From Candidatus Hermodarchaeota archaeon (GTDB lineage: Archaea > Asgardarchaeota > Lokiarchaeia > Sigyniarchaeales > SOKP01): a DNA stretch of 64,000 nt. Under the pieces are notes generated by a model. It saw only the letters and a program-made list of their open reading frames with translations, was not told where the DNA came from and did no database searches. The stretch covers positions 99,105-163,104 of the forward strand of contig JBHLLG010000001.1 in the NCBI GenBank assembly GCA_048885925.1, in the 5' to 3' direction. This document shows positions 59,748-64,000 of the stretch, in pieces (position 1 is the stretch's first letter; the number at the start of each line of letters is the position of its first letter). The translations under genes were made by a program, and so were the position numbers.

Positions 59748-62700
59748 ATGACTGAACTAACCGAAGAAGAAAATAATTTATTGGAAAAGGCATTAGCAGA
59801 AGAAAAAATTTATAATTGGTTGGAAGCAGCCAAATTATACAAACAAGTTGCTAATAGTTATTTGAAAAAAAATCTTCTAGAAAAAGTTGCTGAAATTTAT
59901 AAGAAGCTTGGATATTCATATTCACGAGCAGCTTTCACTGTAAAAACAAATGAACAATTTGTACAATATATCAAAGAAACCATAAAAGCTTATACAGATG
60001 CATTGAATATTTTTGAACAAATTGGAAATAAAGCTATGAAATTTGAATGTGAAGCGGAAATTTTTCTTTTCAGATCATATATAACAGATTCTTTTTCAAC
60101 ACAAAAGAAGGACCTCATCAACTCATATGAGCTTTTCGTTAAATCAAGCATAGAATATTCTAAGGAAGATTACCAAGAACACATTGCCAGAGTTTTGAGT
60201 CACGGTGCCTATGCTTGTATAGCAAGTGGTTTTTCTATAATTGATCTTAAAGAATTTGATGATCATTATCAAAAATGTAAAGATATTGCCCTTAAGGCTC
60301 AAGAAATTTCGAAGAAAACTGAAAATGTTCAATCTCTTGCCTATTCGTTATGGGCAGAGTATTATTTGACGTTAATTCAAGTTTATATAAAACCATTTAG
60401 ATGGAATGAGGATTGGAGAGAAGTTTTCAAAAAATATCTATTAAAATGCGATGAAAGTTTAACTTTAATTGAAAAATATGATGATTTAAAAGCTTTAGCT
60501 ATGATTTGTATTACTTATGGCAATGTAAGTGGGTTTTTTTCGATTCATTTCATTGAGGACGAAAATGAGCAAAGAGAGTATATGGATAATGCATTGAAAC
60601 TACTAGAAAAATCTTCAAATCTTGCTAGAAAATTAAACGATATTGCTTTAATAAATGAGTCTATATATTGGTTGGTTATGTGGTCTATGCTTGGAGGTAG
60701 AGTTAAGTATCTCCAAAATAAACTTGCTACTAACCTTGAACGGTTTATAGAGATAGGAAATATATTTAAAGACACGTATACTATATGGAATTTCCAAGAA
60801 AATGTTTTATTAGGAGCTTATTATGCTAATATTGCCCAAAGGAGTTTCTTCACATCAGATCAGAGGAAATCATATGCCGAAAAAGCAATTGAATATGCAA
60901 AAATAAATTTGACGAATATGCCAGATTCACCTTTTATTTCAGATTCTCATTTAGCATTAACATGGGCATATTCACAATTAGTTATTCTCGGTAAAAAAAA
61001 AGAATTGCAGAAGATTAATGCCCAAAAAATGCTTCAATATGCAGAAAAACTTGGAAAAATTGCTGAGAAATATGAAGGCGGGTGGGTTCGAGCATATGGT
61101 TATTCATCTCTCTATAGAGCCTATAAAACTCTCGCGGATATTGCTGAGAGTGAAGAAAACAAAATTGAAATGTTATCACTTGCCATAGAAGCTTCCGAAA
61201 AGTATATGGAGCATTCAAATGAATCTCGAACAGGTATCATTACAGCTCAAGTACGCTTAGGACTTCTTTATGAAGACTTTGGCATTTTAACTAAAAATAA
61301 TGATATATTTATAAAAGCAAAAGATTTATTCCTCCAAGTAGCGAAAGAAAGCCAAAAAAGAGGGTATCAATCTTATACAGCCGCAAGTTACGAATACTTA
61401 GCAAGAATAGAAGATCGCTTAGGTAATCATACAGCTTCAGCAAATTATTATGAGATGGCACAAAATGCATATGGTGAATCATTAAAAAAAGTTGATTATA
61501 AACCATTAATAAAGAGAATTAATGAAAAATTGAATTATGCTAAAGCTTGGAACTTAATTGAAATTGCTAAAGTTAATCATAAAAGTGAAAATCATCAAAA
61601 AGCTAAGGAGAGCTATAATGATGCTTGTGAAATCCTAAAAAGTCTGCCAAGTTTCAATTATGAAGCAAATTATTATTCTGCTTGGTCATCTCAGGAAATT
61701 GCGGAACAACTAAGCAAACAAGAAAAACACGAAGATGCTATTAAGCAATATAATATAACTATAGATATGTTTGAAAATGCAATTGCAATCCTAGAAAAAC
61801 GGTTAAATAAATCTAAAGAAAAGATAGAACTTGAAAGAATCGACAAAATTATAAAAGTAGCCAAATTAAGGACATCATATTGTTCCGCTAGAATAGATGT
61901 TGAAAAGGCAAGAATCGTAGGAAAACAAGGTGAACATGTAACAGCTGCAGAATTATTTGCTTCAGCAGCATCCCAGTTTAGATATGTTTGCAACCTATTT
62001 AAAACTGAAAAAGAACGAGTAGAATTAGAGGCTGTATATTATTTATGTAGAGCTTGGGAAAGCATGGAACTTGCTGAAAAATATGAAGATCATGATAGGT
62101 TTTCAGAATCTGCTAATTTATTTATAAGAGCAAGTAATTTATTCACAGATAGTAAATTGAAATTATTAGCATCAGGTAATTCTTCTTTTTGCCAAGCTTT
62201 AGAACTTGGATGCGAATTTGATGAGACTTATGATTCTGAAGTAAAAGCTCAATTGTATTCTAAAATTAAAGCAATGTTAAGGACAGCAGCGTCTTCTTAT
62301 GAGAAAGGAGGTTTTAAGAATGGTGGTGATTGGGCTTTGGCTACATCTACTTATTTCGATGCAGTATGGCATTTAATAAGGGCGGATGATGAGTTAGAGA
62401 TTAGCAACAAAAAAAATCTTTTAGATATCGGAGCTAACTATTTAAGATCAGCAGCGGAGCTTTTTAGTAAAGCGGGATATAAAGATAAGGAAAAGGAAAT
62501 TTTAGCCCGTTTGGAAAGATTGAAACAAGAAGAAAAAATATTAGTTTCAGCTCTAAATACAATTAAAAAACCTGCGATATCTAGCAGTACAACGGGTATA
62601 ATTGCTCCTGCCTGTTCATTAGAAACTAGTCAATCGCCCCGGTTGGGTGAAGTATATCAGTTCACCGAAGAAGAAAGAAGAGTAATAGGAGAAAGAGTAG

Positions 62701-63584
62701 CTAAAAAGAAATATCAAATTATTTATAGAGACTTATTTAAAGAATACCCTAGAGCTCAAAAAAGAGAATTTAGAGTTGGCATAGCTCAAATTGGTATATC
62801 TAAAAGTGGAGATATCTTAAATGAGTTTTACGAGATGAAAACTTCAGGTTTATTAAGCCTCCGGGAAGATAAGCTTGGAATTCTAAGACCTAAAATTCAA
62901 AACATGATTGAAAATGCACATAAAGAGGGAGTTAATGTTTTACTTTTCCCAGAAATGATAATTGACCTTAATTACGGTGAGTTATTGGAAGATATTTCTG
63001 ATCTTGCCAAATTATATGAGATGTATATAATTCCAGGCTCGTTTCATGATCAAGAAACAAAAAGAAATATTACTAGAGTTCTTGGACCAGATGGTATTCT
63101 TTGGGAACAAGAAAAACATATTCCAGCAATAATAAGATATGGGAAAACAGAATTCAAGGAAGGTATAGATGTAGGAGATATTCCTCGAAATATTATTGTT
63201 TGCAATACAGAATTTGGGAGAATTGCAATTTCTATTTGTCGTGATTTTCTTGACATGGATTTAAGGGTAGAATTGAAAAATTTTGAACCTCCTGTTGATA
63301 TTATTTTAAATCCTGCCTTTACGCCTGTGACTGCTGATTTTAAAGCAATACACTTTGATGCTCGGAGATCTATTTATGCATACTCCTTTTTTGCTAATGT
63401 AGCTGATTTCGGCGATTCTTTAATATATACTCCTGAAAAAGATCGCACTGAAAGAATTATTCCAGCAAAAGAAGAAGGATTGATATATAAAGATATTGAT
63501 CTCTTCAAATTGCGTTCAGAACGTAAAAAATGGGAAAAAGAACAGAAAAAAGAAAAACAATTTATCCAAAGTACACGATCATAA
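59748..63584 (+). CDS. SNAP/TPR-like helical-repeat protein with C-terminal nitrilase domain, copy 2
   Basis: Colinear paralog of 55684-59523; LLFPEM, EQEKHIP, SICRDF triad intact. Confidence 0.85.
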   Translation: MTELTEEENNLLEKALAEEKIYNWLEAAKLYKQVANSYLKKNLLEKVAEIYKKLGYSYSRAAFTVKTNEQFVQYIKETIKAYTDALNIFEQIGNKAMKFECEAEIFLFRSYITDSFSTQKKDLINSYELFVKSSIEYSKEDYQEHIARVLSHGAYACIASGFSIIDLKEFDDHYQKCKDIALKAQEISKKTENVQSLAYSLWAEYYLTLIQVYIKPFRWNEDWREVFKKYLLKCDESLTLIEKYDDLKALAMICITYGNVSGFFSIHFIEDENEQREYMDNALKLLEKSSNLARKLNDIALINESIYWLVMWSMLGGRVKYLQNKLATNLERFIEIGNIFKDTYTIWNFQENVLLGAYYANIAQRSFFTSDQRKSYAEKAIEYAKINLTNMPDSPFISDSHLALTWAYSQLVILGKKKELQKINAQKMLQYAEKLGKIAEKYEGGWVRAYGYSSLYRAYKTLADIAESEENKIEMLSLAIEASEKYMEHSNESRTGIITAQVRLGLLYEDFGILTKNNDIFIKAKDLFLQVAKESQKRGYQSYTAASYEYLARIEDRLGNHTASANYYEMAQNAYGESLKKVDYKPLIKRINEKLNYAKAWNLIEIAKVNHKSENHQKAKESYNDACEILKSLPSFNYEANYYSAWSSQEIAEQLSKQEKHEDAIKQYNITIDMFENAIAILEKRLNKSKEKIELERIDKIIKVAKLRTSYCSARIDVEKARIVGKQGEHVTAAELFASAASQFRYVCNLFKTEKERVELEAVYYLCRAWESMELAEKYEDHDRFSESANLFIRASNLFTDSKLKLLASGNSSFCQALELGCEFDETYDSEVKAQLYSKIKAMLRTAASSYEKGGFKNGGDWALATSTYFDAVWHLIRADDELEISNKKNLLDIGANYLRSAAELFSKAGYKDKEKEILARLERLKQEEKILVSALNTIKKPAISSSTTGIIAPACSLETSQSPRLGEVYQFTEEERRVIGERVAKKKYQIIYRDLFKEYPRAQKREFRVGIAQIGISKSGDILNEFYEMKTSGLLSLREDKLGILRPKIQNMIENAHKEGVNVLLFPEMIIDLNYGELLEDISDLAKLYEMYIIPGSFHDQETKRNITRVLGPDGILWEQEKHIPAIIRYGKTEFKEGIDVGDIPRNIIVCNTEFGRIAISICRDFLDMDLRVELKNFEPPVDIILNPAFTPVTADFKAIHFDARRSIYAYSFFANVADFGDSLIYTPEKDRTERIIPAKEEGLIYKDIDLFKLRSERKKWEKEQKKEKQFIQSTRS

Positions 63585-63723
63585 TTTTTACTTATTCTAA
63601 ATCTGTGATTATTTTATATAAAATATTTTAAACTTACACATCTAATATTAATTATTCTTAAAGATAAAAAAATGAAACCCAGAAAGCCAATATTTCTAAT
63701 ATATGATTAAAATATAATTGAGG

Positions 63724-64000
63724 ATGGTAAGAATCACTCAAGTTGAATTGTTAAATCGAGCAGAAGCAGAAGAAAAGAAGTATAATTTAAAAGAAGCAAT
63801 CAGATTATACAAACAGGTCTTAGAGAATTTTATAGATAAAGATGATTTGATAAAGGTTGCACAGATTAATGAAAAGATCGGAAATATTTACGTTTTAGCT
63901 ACTTTAACAGCTGATACTGAGAAAGAACTTACAGAAATGATAGATGATGCAGTAGAAGCATATGATAAAGCAATAAAGATATATACCGAAATGAATAATA
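63724..64000 (+). CDS. Third paralog of the TPR-repeat family (truncated by window end)
   Basis: MVRITQVELLNRAEAEEKKYNLKEAIRLYKQV...EKIGNIY aligns with LLEKALAEEKIYNWLEAAKLYKQV...KKLGYSY; frame open to the window edge. Confidence 0.75.
   Translation, partial: MVRITQVELLNRAEAEEKKYNLKEAIRLYKQVLENFIDKDDLIKVAQINEKIGNIYVLATLTADTEKELTEMIDDAVEAYDKAIKIYTEMNN

Noticed and set aside
73-63256. Short ORF-track entries overlapping larger genes (e.g. 73-255, 10242-10502, 15929-16186, 37332-37625, 57690-57935, 61691-61993)
   Set aside because: Antisense or off-frame shadows of well-supported genes with no motifs; similar shadows in the TPR paralogs just mirror sense-strand conservation
55684-63584. Diversity-generating retroelement acting on the TPR proteins
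   Set aside because: No reverse transcriptase or template repeat seen; variation is N-terminal and not adenine-specific
1-64000. Selenocysteine (UGA) readthrough or SECIS, known in Lokiarchaeota
   Set aside because: No redox gene here shows an in-frame TGA at a conserved Cys position, and the 13.3-kb hairpin does not follow a candidate selenoprotein

Overview
AT-rich (roughly 30% GC by eye), gene-dense archaeal DNA. GGTGA/GAGGTGA Shine-Dalgarno motifs, TTTATA-type promoter boxes and the gene repertoire suggest Asgard archaea (Lokiarchaeia); this taxonomy is inferred. The centre (about 17.7-51.8 kb) is an anaerobic aromatic/acyl-CoA catabolic region. It holds a Bzd-type (Azoarcus-like) class I benzoyl-CoA reductase operon (oah-dch-had-bzdN-bzdO-[membrane ORF]-bzdP-bzdQ-bzdM, then bzdV), a second ATP-activated 2-hydroxyacyl-CoA dehydratase-family enzyme, a W-AOR with ferredoxin-like subunit, a thiolase, a CoA ligase, MaoC hydratases and an acyl-CoA dehydrogenase/ferredoxin-fused ETF module; a second such module lies at 9.8-13.2 kb. 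A shared TGGG-N8-CCCA-type box precedes three of these operons. The left end has an atypical B12 acyl-CoA mutase. The right end has a tandem array of at least three ~1280-aa SNAP/TPR-like repeat proteins (third truncated by the window edge); the two complete copies have a variable N-terminus and a conserved C-terminal nitrilase (C-N hydrolase) domain. Other points: two genes apparently starting at ATA/ATT, a ubiquitin-like protein lacking GG, several unannotated microproteins and a candidate structured RNA. No rRNA, tRNA, CRISPR array or transposase was recognised. All calls come from motif recognition, with no database searches.
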